In this document: positions 19,301-29,700 of the stretch, in pieces | Numbering within the stretch: position 1 is the first letter of the stretch | How the letters are laid out: each line of letters begins with the position of its first letter | Origin: Candidatus Latescibacterota bacterium | GTDB taxonomy: Bacteria > Latescibacterota > UBA2968 > GCA-2709665 | Direction of reading: 5' to 3' | NCBI GenBank assembly: GCA_965237675.1 | Contig: OZ250150.1 | Location: forward strand, 1,792,001-1,856,000 | Length of the DNA stretch: 64,000 bases | The notes under the pieces: model-generated | Databases searched by the model: none | What the model saw: only the letters and a program-made list of their open reading frames with translations | Told to the model about the DNA's origin: nothing | Made by a program: the position numbers and the translations under genes

Positions 19301-19709
19301 GGTGATCAGCGGGGTGGATACGAATCACCGGCAGTTGATTGTATACGGGCGGGACGGCGAGGTGGTCTGGGACGCGGACCTGGGAGGCGCCGTGCTCGCG
19401 GCGGAGGTCTTTGACGGACGCGTGTTTGCAGGCGCGTCGAACGGATTCGTGCAGTGTTTCGGCGCCGGAGGAAGCCGGTTGTGGCGCCGGCTTCTGGTCG
19501 AGCCGGTGGCCGGCCTGGCGCCGAATGAGAATGGCGGGTGTCTGGCGGTCCTGCGCGGCGGAACGGTGGTGTGCCTTGACGGTTCGGGCGCGATTCAGTC
19601 GATGAACACGGGAACGTCGGAAACGACAGCGGCGGAGTGGGCGTCTCCGTGGGCAGCCCAGGGTCTGCTAATGGGCAGAAAGGATGGAGCGATAGAGCTC
19701 TACCGATAG
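16395..19709 (+). CDS. Heparinase II/III-like lyase-fold + FG-GAP/PQQ-like beta-propeller protein, paralogue 1
   Basis: GGAGG RBS; RQNH, FDK.YFR.GW...YLLLDG...SHSYQDGN, W.RHI; C-terminal DIDGDG repeats; no signal peptide. Confidence 0.7.
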   Translation: MALSPAIQETDLGNGVCISAPAGDSYQEAAGRLKGTLEDTLSARVDVLPDGKLDADGRHVIALGNMMDSAFLRTLYFRAYDLTDRVWPGPGGWVVRTAPHSLADVGQVVVAGASSAEDIRDAAGALAGAIAKNGPILPFQYEVHPGRWSDLYVKPARELLAKSHRDIEQESIGGGSGDWTYMMVVADIGMLAVQTGNEVLMSMFCHQICHFARTRWFERKLEDPTLIHGFIRVLLLPFTILENHPSLPAAQREETLEALLGLFRSAEGAGNTGLLSCVGVDRVRQNHQTRSALDLFYGGRYFHQVHGLAEGLAWMKLAEVFFAPQMASNKPVCDSWGHQWGASLFNTADYALAAGKTDYFSSRPYLEGVDRALLAHSNLERGPEQYCRMAAAVTGNNEYLQLCESIDEGAVAERTIRGAEEPLRTWVTGRRAAAPERLGQVGVAPLSRLFYDSIEDYTTFAPENGVYLRNLPYERTFDKVYFRFGWTDQDDYLLLDGISGGSHSYQDGNCIVRYTSRGASWFKSSGGNAPATVRDYTGVSLAVDGAGPGCESRYAALRYLEEGESLSVAGTSMTYPEQGDWYRHIVSSRDGWFLVVDEVWPSVAGEFLVECRWHLLGDAALSDGLLHSVQGDAQLSMRHVGSGRQELVASDYWCVDDHSRWIQRSVTTLQPGAGIRFGTLFWTDPVGDGRDFSLVEEETGFRIEGGGEPVAVVLTETIEAPEVTASGATLPTAGRNVDASDSTPFQTSGSEATPVWRTRCADAVTALDIGTERGFGGDSGGVTAFNPDGDVLWKREIEGGVRALAGLNDGGAAAGGDGETVYRLDASGDTVWSYRIRWQPMNWDSWSRKNCVVLSLATGDIDGDGREEILVGCADRHVYAFDAGGNLLWRSPCQWGPPVCLETARLTEGTEQQTLAGLADPAIHAHTLVFGKDGKLARTLQRPDIVSWSIPSWSRCLRVADVDGDGRDEVISGVDTNHRQLIVYGRDGEVVWDADLGGAVLAAEVFDGRVFAGASNGFVQCFGAGGSRLWRRLLVEPVAGLAPNENGGCLAVLRGGTVVCLDGSGAIQSMNTGTSETTAAEWASPWAAQGLLMGRKDGAIELYR

Positions 19710-19856
19710 CCGTATTGGGGGTACCTCGCGGGGCGTAGTCAACCGGGAAACTGACGAAACAGCCGGCCGATCCCGAGACAGAAGATTCGGCCCGGCTGTG
19801 GCTTACCAATCCCTTTTCAAATCGGAGCCCTCCGGGCGCGCGTAAAGGAGTACGAT

Positions 19857-22800
19857 ATGACGTTCTGCAAACCGATTCACGAGACGGATCTGACTTTGGG
19901 CGTCTGCATATCGGCGCCGGAAACCGGGCCGTATCGGGCTTCGGCAGAAAGACTGAAGGCCGTCCTGGAAGGGACGGTACCGGGTAGCGTGGAGATTCTG
20001 CCGGACGCGCGGCTGGACGCGGGCGGAAGACACGTGATCGCGCTGGGCAATATGATGGATAGCGCGTTCTTGAGAACGCTGTATTTCCGGGCGTACGATC
20101 TGACAGACCGGGTCTGGCCGGGTCCCGGCGGATGGGCGATCCGTACTGCACCGCACTCCCTGGAGGATGTGGGGCACGTGATCGTGGTTGGAGTGAGCGA
20201 GGCGGATGACGTTCCCGAGGCGGCGGAAGCGTTCGCACGTACAATTGAGGCGGAGGGATCCGCGCTTCCGTTTCAGCATCGGGTGAACCTGGGGAAATGG
20301 GCGGACCTTTATCTGAAGCCGGCGCAAGAGCGGCTGAACCAGGGTGACGAAGCGCTGGAGCGGGAGTTCACGAGCGGTCCGGGAGACTGGACCTACATGT
20401 GGGCCATCTCGGAGATCGGGATGCTGGCCGTGCAGACCGGCATGGAGGCTCTGATACAGATGTTCTGCCGGCAGGTCTGCAACTTTGCGCGGACGCGGTG
20501 GTTCGAACGCCACCTGCCCGACCCGCCCCAGATCCATGGGTTCCTGAGGACCATGCTGCTTCCGTTCACCGTTCTGGATAACCATCCTGGCCTTCCCGGC
20601 GATCAGCGAGAGGAGACGCTCGAGGCGTTTCTGGGGCTATACCGGTCCACGGAGGGCGCCGGAAATCGCGGATTCCTGAGCCACGTGGGGGTGGACCGCG
20701 TGCGGCAGAACCATCAGACGATGTCGGGGCTGGATCTGTTTTATGGGGGCCGGTATTTCCACCAGGTGCATGGATTGGCAGAGGGTCGGGCATGGATGAA
20801 GCTGGCCGACGTGTTTTTCGAGCCTCAGATGAACTCGAACAAGCCGGTCTGCGATTCGTGGGGGCACCAGTGGGCGTTTTCGCTCTTCAATACCGCCGAT
20901 TATGCGCTGGCTTCGGGAAAGATGGACTATTTCTCCGGCAAACCGTATCTGGAAGGCGTGGACCGGGCGTTGATCGCGCACAGCAACCTCGAAGGCGGGC
21001 CGCAGCAGTATATGTTGATGGCCGCGGCGGTGACGGGAAACGACGAATACCTCCAGCACTGCGGGACCCGGGATGACGACACCCTGGCGGAGAAGGCTGT
21101 GCGGCAGAACGTGGAACCGTTCCGTACCTGGGTGACAGGACGGGACGCCGCAGAGCCGGAGCGGATGGGGCGTGTTGGGGTGGCTCCGCTCTCGCAGCTG
21201 TTCTACGATTCTATTGAGGATCCCGGAGGATTCGCCCCCGAGGGTGTTTACCTGCGTGACGTGCCATTCGAACAGACGTTCGACAAGGCGTATTTCCGTT
21301 CCGGCTGGACGGATGACGACGACTATCTGCTGCTTTGCGGAATTTCGGGGGGGTCCCATTCCTATCAGGACGGCAACTGTATTGTGAGATATACCGGCCG
21401 GGGGCAGAACTGGTTCGGAGGGCGCGTGGGCCCTGCGTCGGTGAGGGATCACAACGGAGTGAGTATCGCTGTTGACGGTGTGGGACCGGGCTGTGAATCC
21501 CGGTATGCGGCGCTGCGATACCTCGAGGAAGGAGAACGCCTGTCCGTGGCGGGCACGTCGATGAAGTCTCCCGGCCTGGCGGACTGGTATCGTCATATCG
21601 TGCATGGCAAAGCGGGATGGTTTCTGGTCATCGACGAAGTCTGGGCGAAGGCGGATGGCGAGTACCTGGTTGAGGATCGCTGGCACATTTACGGGGACGT
21701 GGAAATGGTGGATGGGACGCTGCGTGCGGTCCAGGGTGATGCGCGGTTGGAGATGCGGCATACGGGAAGCGGGTCTCAAGAACTCGTTCCGGTGACGTCT
21801 GCCCTGGCGGAGGAAGGGACGCGCTGGGTGCAGCGCTCGCTGAAAGGACTTCGTTCCGGCGAAGGGGTGAGATTCGCCACCCTGTTCTGGAGCGACCAAA
21901 AGGCGCAGCCCCGGACGTATGCGCTGAATCCGGAAGCGTCGGGCTACCGCGTCGAAGGCGAGGGGACTGTCGCGACCGTCTCCCTCTCTGCCGAATGTGC
22001 CGTCGTCGAGGTAAGGGACGACGCGGCGGTCCTTCCCACGACGGGTACCGCCGTGGAAGCGTCGGATGCCGGCCCGTTCATCGCGGCAGGGGGTGAAGCG
22101 AAGCCGGCCTGGCGAGGTACGTGCACCGCAGCCGTTACGGCGATGGATGTATGGGAAGGAGGCTGCTTCGCGGGCGACGATAGCGGAGGCATCACGGCAT
22201 TCGACCGCAACGGCGGGATACGATGGGAGCACGCAGTTTCGGGGAGCATCCGAACGGTCCTTGCCCTCCCGGACGGAGGCGTCGTGGCCGGCGGGGAGGC
22301 CGAGGCGGTGCACCGGCTGGACGGGTCGGGCAGGGAGGTGTGGTCGTATCAACTCGAGTGGCAGCCGATGAACTGGGACTACTGGACGTGGTTGAACTGC
22401 AAGGTGCTGAGCCTGGCGGCCGGAGATATCGACGGCGACGGCAGGCAGGAGATTCTGGCCGGATGCGCGGATCGCCACGTTTACGCGTTCGACGAGGGTG
22501 GCGGTTTGATGTGGCGTTCCGCCTGCCAGTGGGGTCCTCCCACGTGCCTGGCGGTGGCGCGGCTGCGGGACGGGCGCGGCGGGCAGGTGCTCGCTGGTAT
22601 GGCGGATCCGTCCATTCACGGCTGTATCAGGGTGTTCGGATCGGACGGGGCGTGCGTGCAGACGTTGTCGCGGCCGGATGTCATGAGCTGGTCGATTCCC
22701 TCGTGGTCGAAGTGCCTTCGCGCAGTGGATCTGAACGGGGATGGCCGCGACGAAGTGCTCAGCGGCGTGGATACGAATCACAGGCAGTTGATTGTCTATG

Positions 22801-23150
22801 GAGGGGATGGGCAGGTGTTGTGGGATGCGGACGTGGGGGGTGCGGTGCTGTCGGTGGCGGTTGCCGACGGGAGGGTGTATGCGGGCGCTTCGAATGGGTA
22901 CGTGCAGTGTTTTGAGGATGATGGCACACGGTTGTGGAGCTGTTTCCTGGCAGCGCCCGTGATTGGTCTGTCGCCCGGGCACGAAGGCAAGTGCCTTGTC
23001 GCCCTTGGGGATGGGAGGGTGGCGGGCCTGAATGGAATCGGAGAGATGAGGGGGTCGGGTGGAGGAACCGCAGCCACCGCGGCGGCGGCGTGGCCGGACG
23101 GCGGGTTGCTGGTTGGACGGCGGGACGGAACGGTGGAAAGTTTTGTTTAG
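19857..23150 (+). CDS. Same family, paralogue 2
   Basis: AAGGAG RBS; colinear with paralogues 1 and 3, same motifs. Confidence 0.7.
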   Translation: MTFCKPIHETDLTLGVCISAPETGPYRASAERLKAVLEGTVPGSVEILPDARLDAGGRHVIALGNMMDSAFLRTLYFRAYDLTDRVWPGPGGWAIRTAPHSLEDVGHVIVVGVSEADDVPEAAEAFARTIEAEGSALPFQHRVNLGKWADLYLKPAQERLNQGDEALEREFTSGPGDWTYMWAISEIGMLAVQTGMEALIQMFCRQVCNFARTRWFERHLPDPPQIHGFLRTMLLPFTVLDNHPGLPGDQREETLEAFLGLYRSTEGAGNRGFLSHVGVDRVRQNHQTMSGLDLFYGGRYFHQVHGLAEGRAWMKLADVFFEPQMNSNKPVCDSWGHQWAFSLFNTADYALASGKMDYFSGKPYLEGVDRALIAHSNLEGGPQQYMLMAAAVTGNDEYLQHCGTRDDDTLAEKAVRQNVEPFRTWVTGRDAAEPERMGRVGVAPLSQLFYDSIEDPGGFAPEGVYLRDVPFEQTFDKAYFRSGWTDDDDYLLLCGISGGSHSYQDGNCIVRYTGRGQNWFGGRVGPASVRDHNGVSIAVDGVGPGCESRYAALRYLEEGERLSVAGTSMKSPGLADWYRHIVHGKAGWFLVIDEVWAKADGEYLVEDRWHIYGDVEMVDGTLRAVQGDARLEMRHTGSGSQELVPVTSALAEEGTRWVQRSLKGLRSGEGVRFATLFWSDQKAQPRTYALNPEASGYRVEGEGTVATVSLSAECAVVEVRDDAAVLPTTGTAVEASDAGPFIAAGGEAKPAWRGTCTAAVTAMDVWEGGCFAGDDSGGITAFDRNGGIRWEHAVSGSIRTVLALPDGGVVAGGEAEAVHRLDGSGREVWSYQLEWQPMNWDYWTWLNCKVLSLAAGDIDGDGRQEILAGCADRHVYAFDEGGGLMWRSACQWGPPTCLAVARLRDGRGGQVLAGMADPSIHGCIRVFGSDGACVQTLSRPDVMSWSIPSWSKCLRAVDLNGDGRDEVLSGVDTNHRQLIVYGGDGQVLWDADVGGAVLSVAVADGRVYAGASNGYVQCFEDDGTRLWSCFLAAPVIGLSPGHEGKCLVALGDGRVAGLNGIGEMRGSGGGTAATAAAAWPDGGLLVGRRDGTVESFV

Positions 23151-23276
23151 GCTGGCCTCCCGCATGACGATATTCGTAAGCCTGAATCAGTCGGATCGGT
23201 TCATGGTCCTGACTCACAACGGCGTAAGACGGAAGATAACCTACTGAAAGCCGACCGATAATCGGAGGATTGAGAG

Positions 23277-26200
23277 ATGGCCTTTACCGATCCGATCCAT
23301 GAAACAGATTTGTCTTCTGGCATCTGTGTTGTCTCGCCTTCCACCGAGCCTTATCGCATGGCGGCCGAGCGTTTAAGAACGGTCCTGGAGGAGGTGCTCC
23401 CGTCTACAGTTGACGTTCTTTCTGACGAGGGGGGTGAAATCGGCGGACGCCATGTGATTGCGCTGGGGAATATGATGGACAGCGCGCTTTTGCGAACGCT
23501 ATATTTCCGGGCGTACGATCTGACAGACCGGGTGTGGCCGGGGCCCGGAGGGTGGGCGATCCGGACGGCGCCTTGTTCCGTGGAGGGTGTGGGGCACGTG
23601 ATTGTGTTGGGGGTGAGCCGGGCGGAGGATGTGTCTGAGGCGGCGGACGCACTGGCGGAGGTGATCGAGGCAAATGGATCTGTGTTGCCCTTTCAGTATC
23701 GGGCGAAGCCGGGGAAGTGGGCGGACTTGTATCTGGTACCGGCGCGGGAGCGGCTGGAGGCGGGCGATGCCGATCTGGAGCGAGAGTATACCAGCGGGGC
23801 GGGTGACTGGGACTATATGGGCGCTATTGCGACAATTGGTATGCTGGCGGTGCGTACCGGTATGGAGGCGTTGATGGCGATGTTCTGCAGACAGGTCTGC
23901 CATTTCGCCCGCACGCGGTGGTTTGAGCGAGACCTGCCCGACCCGCCGCAGATCCACGGGTTTCTGAGGACGTTGCTGCTGCCGTTTACGATCCTGGAGA
24001 ACCACCCGTGCATTCCGAAAGAACAGCGGGAGGAGACGCTGGAGGCCTTCCTGGGGCTTTACCGGTCCTCGGAGGGGGCCGGAAATACCGGTTTTTTAAG
24101 CCATGTGGGTGTGGATCGGGTGCGGCAGAATCACCAGACCCGGTCGGCGCTGGACCTCTTTTACGGGGGCCGCTACTTTCACCAGGTGCACGGGCTGGCC
24201 GAAGGTCTTGGGTGGATGAAGCTGGCGGAGGTGTTTTTTGCCCCTCAGATGACGTCGAACAAGCCGGTGTGTGACTCGTGGGGTCACCAGTGGACCGCCT
24301 CGCTTTTTAACACGGCAGACTATGCGCTGTCTTCGGGGAAGGCGGACTATCTTTCGAGCAAGCCGTACCTGGAGGGTGTGGATCGGGCGCTGGTTGCGCA
24401 CAGCAACCTGGAAGGAGGGCCTCGGCAGTATCTGTTGATGGCCTCGGCGGTGACGGGTAACGACGAGTATCTGCATTTCTGCGGCGTGTCGGACGAAGAT
24501 GCGTTGGCCGAGCGAGCGATAGGAGGACGGGAAGAGCCGCTTCGCACGTGGGTGACGGGGCGAGAGGCGGCAACGCCCGAGAGATTGGGGCGTGTGGGCG
24601 TGGCCCCGCTCTCGCGACTGTTCTACGATTCGCTGGAGGATTTCGGAGGACTCGCCCCCGAGGGTGTGTACCTGCGTGACGTGCCGTTCGACAAGGCATT
24701 CGACAAGATTTATTTCCGTTCGGGCTGGACCGATGACGACGACTATCTGCTTCTGGATGGAATTTCAGGCGGGTCCCATTCCTACCAGGACGGCAACTGT
24801 ATTGTGCGGTATACCGGTCGCGGGCGGAGCTGGTTCGGAGGGCGCGTGGGTCCGGCGTCCGTACGGGATCACAACGGGGTGAGTATTGCGGTCGACGGGG
24901 AAGGGCCTGGCTGTGAATCCCGGTATGCGGCGCTGCGATACCTCGAGGAAGGAGAACGCCTGTCCGTAGCAGGCACGTCGATGGGGTATCCCGGCCAGGC
25001 GGACTGGTATCGTCATATCGTACACGGCAAGGCGGGGTGGTTTCTGGTGATCGATGAGATCTGGGCGAAGGTGGAAGGCGAGTACCTGATCGAGGGTCGC
25101 TGGAACGTGCTCGGGGAGGTGGAAACGTCGGACGGTGCACTACGCTCCGTCCAGGGCGATGCGCAACTGGCGATGCGGCACGCGGGCAGCGGGTCTCAAG
25201 AACTCGTTCCGGTGACGTCCGCCCTGGCGGAGGAAGGGACGCGCTGGGTGCAGCGCTCGCTGAAAGGACTTCGGTCCGGCGAAGGGGTGAGATTCGCCAC
25301 CCTGTTCTGGAGCGACGAGATTGCCCATCCCCGGACGTATGCCCTGACTTCGGAAGCGTCGGGCTACCGGATTGAAGGCGAGGGTACAGTCGCGACCGTC
25401 TCCCTCTCTGCCGAATGTGCCGTCGTCGAGGTAAGGGAAGACGCGGCGATTCTTCCCACCTCAGGGAACGCCCTGGATGGATCGGACGCCGGACCGTTCG
25501 TCATCGCGCGGCGCGATGCGAAGCCTGTGTGGCGCGGATTGTGCGGGGCTGCCGTTACGGCGACGGACGTATGGGAAGGCGGCTGCTGCACGGGCGACGA
25601 CCGGGGCGGGATCACGTCGTTCGACCGGGACGGCAAAGTGCAATGGACCCATCGAGCATCGGGCGGTATTCGAACGGTCCTGGCCCTGGCGGACGGAGGC
25701 GTGGTGGCCGGCGGGGAGGCCGAGGCGGTGCACCGGCTGGACGGGTCGGGCAGGCTGATGTGGTCGCATCAGCTCGAGTGGCAGCCGATGAACTGGGACT
25801 ACTGGACGTGGCTGAACTGTAAGGTGCTGAGCCTGGCGACGGGGGATATCGACGGGGATGGCACGGACGAGATCCTGGCCGGATGCGCGGACCGTCACGT
25901 CTATGCGTTCGACGAGGGCGGCGCCGTGAAGTGGCGCTCCGCCTGCCAGTGGGGCCCGCCCACGTGCCTGGCGGTGGCGCGGCTGCGGGACGGGCGCGGC
26001 CGGCAGGTGCTGGCCGGTATGGCGGACCCTTCAATTCACGGCTGCGTCCGGGTGTTCGGGTCCGACGGGGCGTGTGTACAGACGCTGTCTCGGCCGGATA
26101 TCATGAGTTGGTCGATTCCGTCGTGGTCCAGGTGTCTCCGCGCGGCGGACGTGGACGGGGACGGCTGGGAGGAAGTGCTCAGTGGTGTGGATACGAATCA

Positions 26201-26609
26201 CCGGCAGTTGATTGTGTATAACCGGGACGGCGATGTGTTGTGGGACGCGGATCTGGGAGGCGCGGCGCTTTCGGTGGAGACGGCCGGGGGGTGTGTCTAC
26301 GTGGGGGCTTCGAACGGGTACGTGCAGTGCTTCAAGGCCGATGGCATACGGTTGTGGAGCCGTTTTCTGGTGGAGCCTGTGATCGGGCTGGCTCCCGATG
26401 GCAATGGCGGGTGTCTGGTGGCGCTTCGGGGCGGGGCGGCAGTCGGCCTGGACGCGGAGGGCGCGGTCCGGTTGTCGGGGGGCGACGGGGCGGAAGTGAC
26501 GGCGGCGGCGGCGTGGCCGGACGGCGGGCTGGTGGTGGGCCGGCGGGACGGAACGGTGGAGTGCTTTTTCTGGAATTCCGGCTCTGCGCGTAGGAGCAAC
26601 CGGGAGTGA
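23277..26609 (+). CDS. Same family, paralogue 3
   Basis: GGAGG RBS; colinear with paralogue 2 at an exact 3420-bp offset; stop codon falls inside a REP-like element (26601-26624). Confidence 0.7.
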   Translation: MAFTDPIHETDLSSGICVVSPSTEPYRMAAERLRTVLEEVLPSTVDVLSDEGGEIGGRHVIALGNMMDSALLRTLYFRAYDLTDRVWPGPGGWAIRTAPCSVEGVGHVIVLGVSRAEDVSEAADALAEVIEANGSVLPFQYRAKPGKWADLYLVPARERLEAGDADLEREYTSGAGDWDYMGAIATIGMLAVRTGMEALMAMFCRQVCHFARTRWFERDLPDPPQIHGFLRTLLLPFTILENHPCIPKEQREETLEAFLGLYRSSEGAGNTGFLSHVGVDRVRQNHQTRSALDLFYGGRYFHQVHGLAEGLGWMKLAEVFFAPQMTSNKPVCDSWGHQWTASLFNTADYALSSGKADYLSSKPYLEGVDRALVAHSNLEGGPRQYLLMASAVTGNDEYLHFCGVSDEDALAERAIGGREEPLRTWVTGREAATPERLGRVGVAPLSRLFYDSLEDFGGLAPEGVYLRDVPFDKAFDKIYFRSGWTDDDDYLLLDGISGGSHSYQDGNCIVRYTGRGRSWFGGRVGPASVRDHNGVSIAVDGEGPGCESRYAALRYLEEGERLSVAGTSMGYPGQADWYRHIVHGKAGWFLVIDEIWAKVEGEYLIEGRWNVLGEVETSDGALRSVQGDAQLAMRHAGSGSQELVPVTSALAEEGTRWVQRSLKGLRSGEGVRFATLFWSDEIAHPRTYALTSEASGYRIEGEGTVATVSLSAECAVVEVREDAAILPTSGNALDGSDAGPFVIARRDAKPVWRGLCGAAVTATDVWEGGCCTGDDRGGITSFDRDGKVQWTHRASGGIRTVLALADGGVVAGGEAEAVHRLDGSGRLMWSHQLEWQPMNWDYWTWLNCKVLSLATGDIDGDGTDEILAGCADRHVYAFDEGGAVKWRSACQWGPPTCLAVARLRDGRGRQVLAGMADPSIHGCVRVFGSDGACVQTLSRPDIMSWSIPSWSRCLRAADVDGDGWEEVLSGVDTNHRQLIVYNRDGDVLWDADLGGAALSVETAGGCVYVGASNGYVQCFKADGIRLWSRFLVEPVIGLAPDGNGGCLVALRGGAAVGLDAEGAVRLSGGDGAEVTAAAAWPDGGLVVGRRDGTVECFFWNSGSARRSNRE

Positions 26610-26759
26610 GGGCATCCTGCCCTTAATACGCCTGCGTCCCATTTTCCGCAGGTTGGCCTTAACCTCGAATTTCCATTAACGCCGGGGAACACGTCAGCCC
26701 CAAGAGGCGGCTCGCCGCGGGCCTGAAACGAATCAAAGCGCCATAGGAGGGCGACTGGC

Positions 26760-29700
26760 ATGGCAATCGAACATCCACGCACTCTGGAACCGGAAACACC
26801 CCTGCATGCGGCACAGCGGGTTCTGGTGGCCGCGCCACGGTCCGAGCATGGGAGGGCGGCGGCAGAACGGATGCATCGGGCGCTTCAGGATCTGAAGGCC
26901 CCTGTCGAACTTCTGGATGATCCGGCCGGCGAGGTGCTCGCGGAGGCAGGCGGCCCTGTGATCGTCGTCGGAAACCTGTCGGACAGCCAATGCGTACAGG
27001 AACTCTACTTTCGATTCATGTGCGCGACGGATCTCTGGTATCCGGGCCCGGGGGGATACGAACTGCGCACGCTGTGCAACCCGTTCGGGACGGGGCATAA
27101 TGTCATCCAGGCGGGATACAGCGACGCCGTCGGCGCGCGGGCGGCGACGGAGGCGTTCCATTCGTGCCTGGACGATCCGATCCCGCACCTGGCGGCCCTT
27201 GAGGTGACGCGGCTGCCGCTCTCGCCCAAGGAGACCAGGCAGGTCCGGTCGGAGCCGCTTCTCCCTGCGGCGTGGCAGATCGCGAATACGATGCAGGGAG
27301 ATCTGAAGGGATATCTCTACTATCTGACGGGAGACCCGCAACTCGGAGGGGAATACCGCCGTGCGTGGGCGGCAGTGGTGGAAAGCGGGTACGAGAAGTC
27401 GGAGAAAATTGTCCAGGCCCACCTCTACAGCCTGAGCCGGCTGCAGCCCTGGCGACTTGTGGAACACATGAATCTGTTCAGCGAGGCGGAACGGCTTGCC
27501 ATTACCCGGTTTATCTACGGTTGGGCCGAAAGCGCGGAGGGCTGGCATCACGTCGCGCACTGTCCCCGGGTGGTGAGTATGCACGTGCCCAGGCAGAACC
27601 ACGAACTCATCCCTGCCCTGGCGCTGACGTACGCGGCGGCGTATTTCCGGACGTTCTTCCCGGAACTTCCCGGTCCGGAGCAGTGGGAGCAGGCCGCCCG
27701 GCGGGCGTATGCTCCCTACGGCCCGTCCTGGAAACCGCTGTGCGACGGACTCTGCCACGGCTGGTGGATGTCTCAACCGGTGATGGTGGAGTACGGGCTG
27801 AACGACCCGGACCACGGATATTTCGAGCAGGGCGGCGCCAGACAGGCCGCGGACGCCGCGATGGCCGTGGTGAACAACGAGGGATGGTTGCCGTCTGCGG
27901 GAGACAGCGACCTGAACCGGCAGTTTCCCGGTCCGAGCCTGCGTGCGGCGGCAGCCTGGTTCAACGACGGTCGGTACCGGTTCGTTCACGATCTGGCGTC
28001 CCCTGACAGACGGCTGATCACACTCACGTCGCTCCCGCGGGCGTTCGACGCGGGTGTGGCCCCGAAGGCACCGGAAGATTGCACGGGAGTGACCGTCGTT
28101 CCGGTGGACCCGCTTCTGTATCACGCGTGGGAACGGGATCCGCAGGGCGCGCCAGGGGTGGTGACCACGCCCCCATCCGCACCGATTGACCGGTGTTTCG
28201 ACAAGCTGTCCGTTCGTACGGGCTGGGGACCGGAGAAGGATTTTCTGTTGATCGACGGCCTGGGAGGAGGCAGCCATTCCTACGACGACGCGGGCGGCAT
28301 TCTGGACTACGCCCGGCTGGGTCTCTCGCTGATCGTGCAGGAGGACAGCTTTGTGCATTCCGCGCCCGAACACATGTCGGTCGTGACGGTCGTGAGGGAC
28401 GGCGAGTCCGGCGAGATTCCGGGGTTTGCGATTCTGGAGGCGAACGAGACCGACGCGGAGGGGAACGTGTACCTGCGCATCCGGCTGGAGGACTACGCGG
28501 GGGCGGACTGGGTGCGTGAGGTCCACCTGCGTCCGGGAAGCTGTGTTGTCTTCAACGATACGGTAATTGCCGGCGAGGCAGGCGACTATGCGGTGGAGGC
28601 CCGCTTCCGCGCACCGGCCATGCTGGTTCTGGATGGGCGCGAGGCGCGGTGTGCGAGGCAGAGCCCCTCAGCCGGGGAGGTGACGTTTCGCATAGAGAGC
28701 CTCTGCGAGGCTTCTTCTCTGTCGGTTGTTGAAGAGGCCGTCCATCTGCGGTACAAGAATGCGGAGGACCAGGAACTGTGGAAGGAGCGGTACCATACCG
28801 ACGATGTCGCGCTTTCGACGTTTGTGGCGCGCCGCGCCGCGCGCCTGGAAGCCGGGCAGGGCGTGCGTATGACTCACGTCGCCCAGGTGTGCGGTCCGGG
28901 AGAAGCCCCGGTCCATCTGCTGGAGACGGAAGACGAGGTCCGCCTCTTACAGGGTGAAACGTCGTGGTGTCTGGATGTCCTGTCGGTGCGGCCACCCGCG
29001 GCGGAGCGATCGGCGGTTGCAGGGGGTTCGGAGCGGGCCGATGCCTTCCGGGTGTTTGATGCGGGGGATGGGATCCGCGCGATGTGCCCGCTGGCGGATG
29101 GATCGCTGGTGGTGGGCGCCGCAAACGGCGCCGTGACGTTCCTGGATCCGGAAGCGAGGGCGGTCTGGTCCGCGGGGCTGGATGGGCCTGTTTACGATAT
29201 CGGCGCGGCGGAGGGAGAGGAGACGGTCCTGGCGGTCGGGCACGGCGCGAGCCGGCTGACCGGGTTGGATACCCGGGGCAGGCGGGTCTGGCAAACGGAC
29301 ATCGATCGGGAGCCCTGCCCCTGGCCCTGGTGGGAACTGCCGACCCCCGCGCCCGTTCAGGTGGCGGGTGGGGTCAACGAGGGATCGGCCTTTTTTGCCG
29401 TGGGCTGCGGAGATATTCAGATCCGCTGCTTTGACGGGGCCGGCGGGGAACTGTGGCGGCAGCGCTACAACGAGGGCGTGCCCGGGCGCATTCGGGTGGC
29501 CGACGTGGACGGGTGCGGCGAACCGGAGATCGTCGCCGGGGGCGAGGTGCTCAGCGACACGTCGAAATGCCGTGTCCTGGACCCGCACGGGAATTTTCTG
29601 GCTCACCTCGACGTGGAGGGGTGGACGAGCATCCTGACGGCGCTGGCGTTTGACAAAACCGACGGGCGGCATTTCATCGGCTGCGGCGCAAACCGCGGCC

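Noticed and set aside
19745-19800. Hammerhead ribozyme (CTGACGA...GAAA-like)
   Set aside because: No stem II between the core motifs and no consistent stems I/III; only a plain hairpin.
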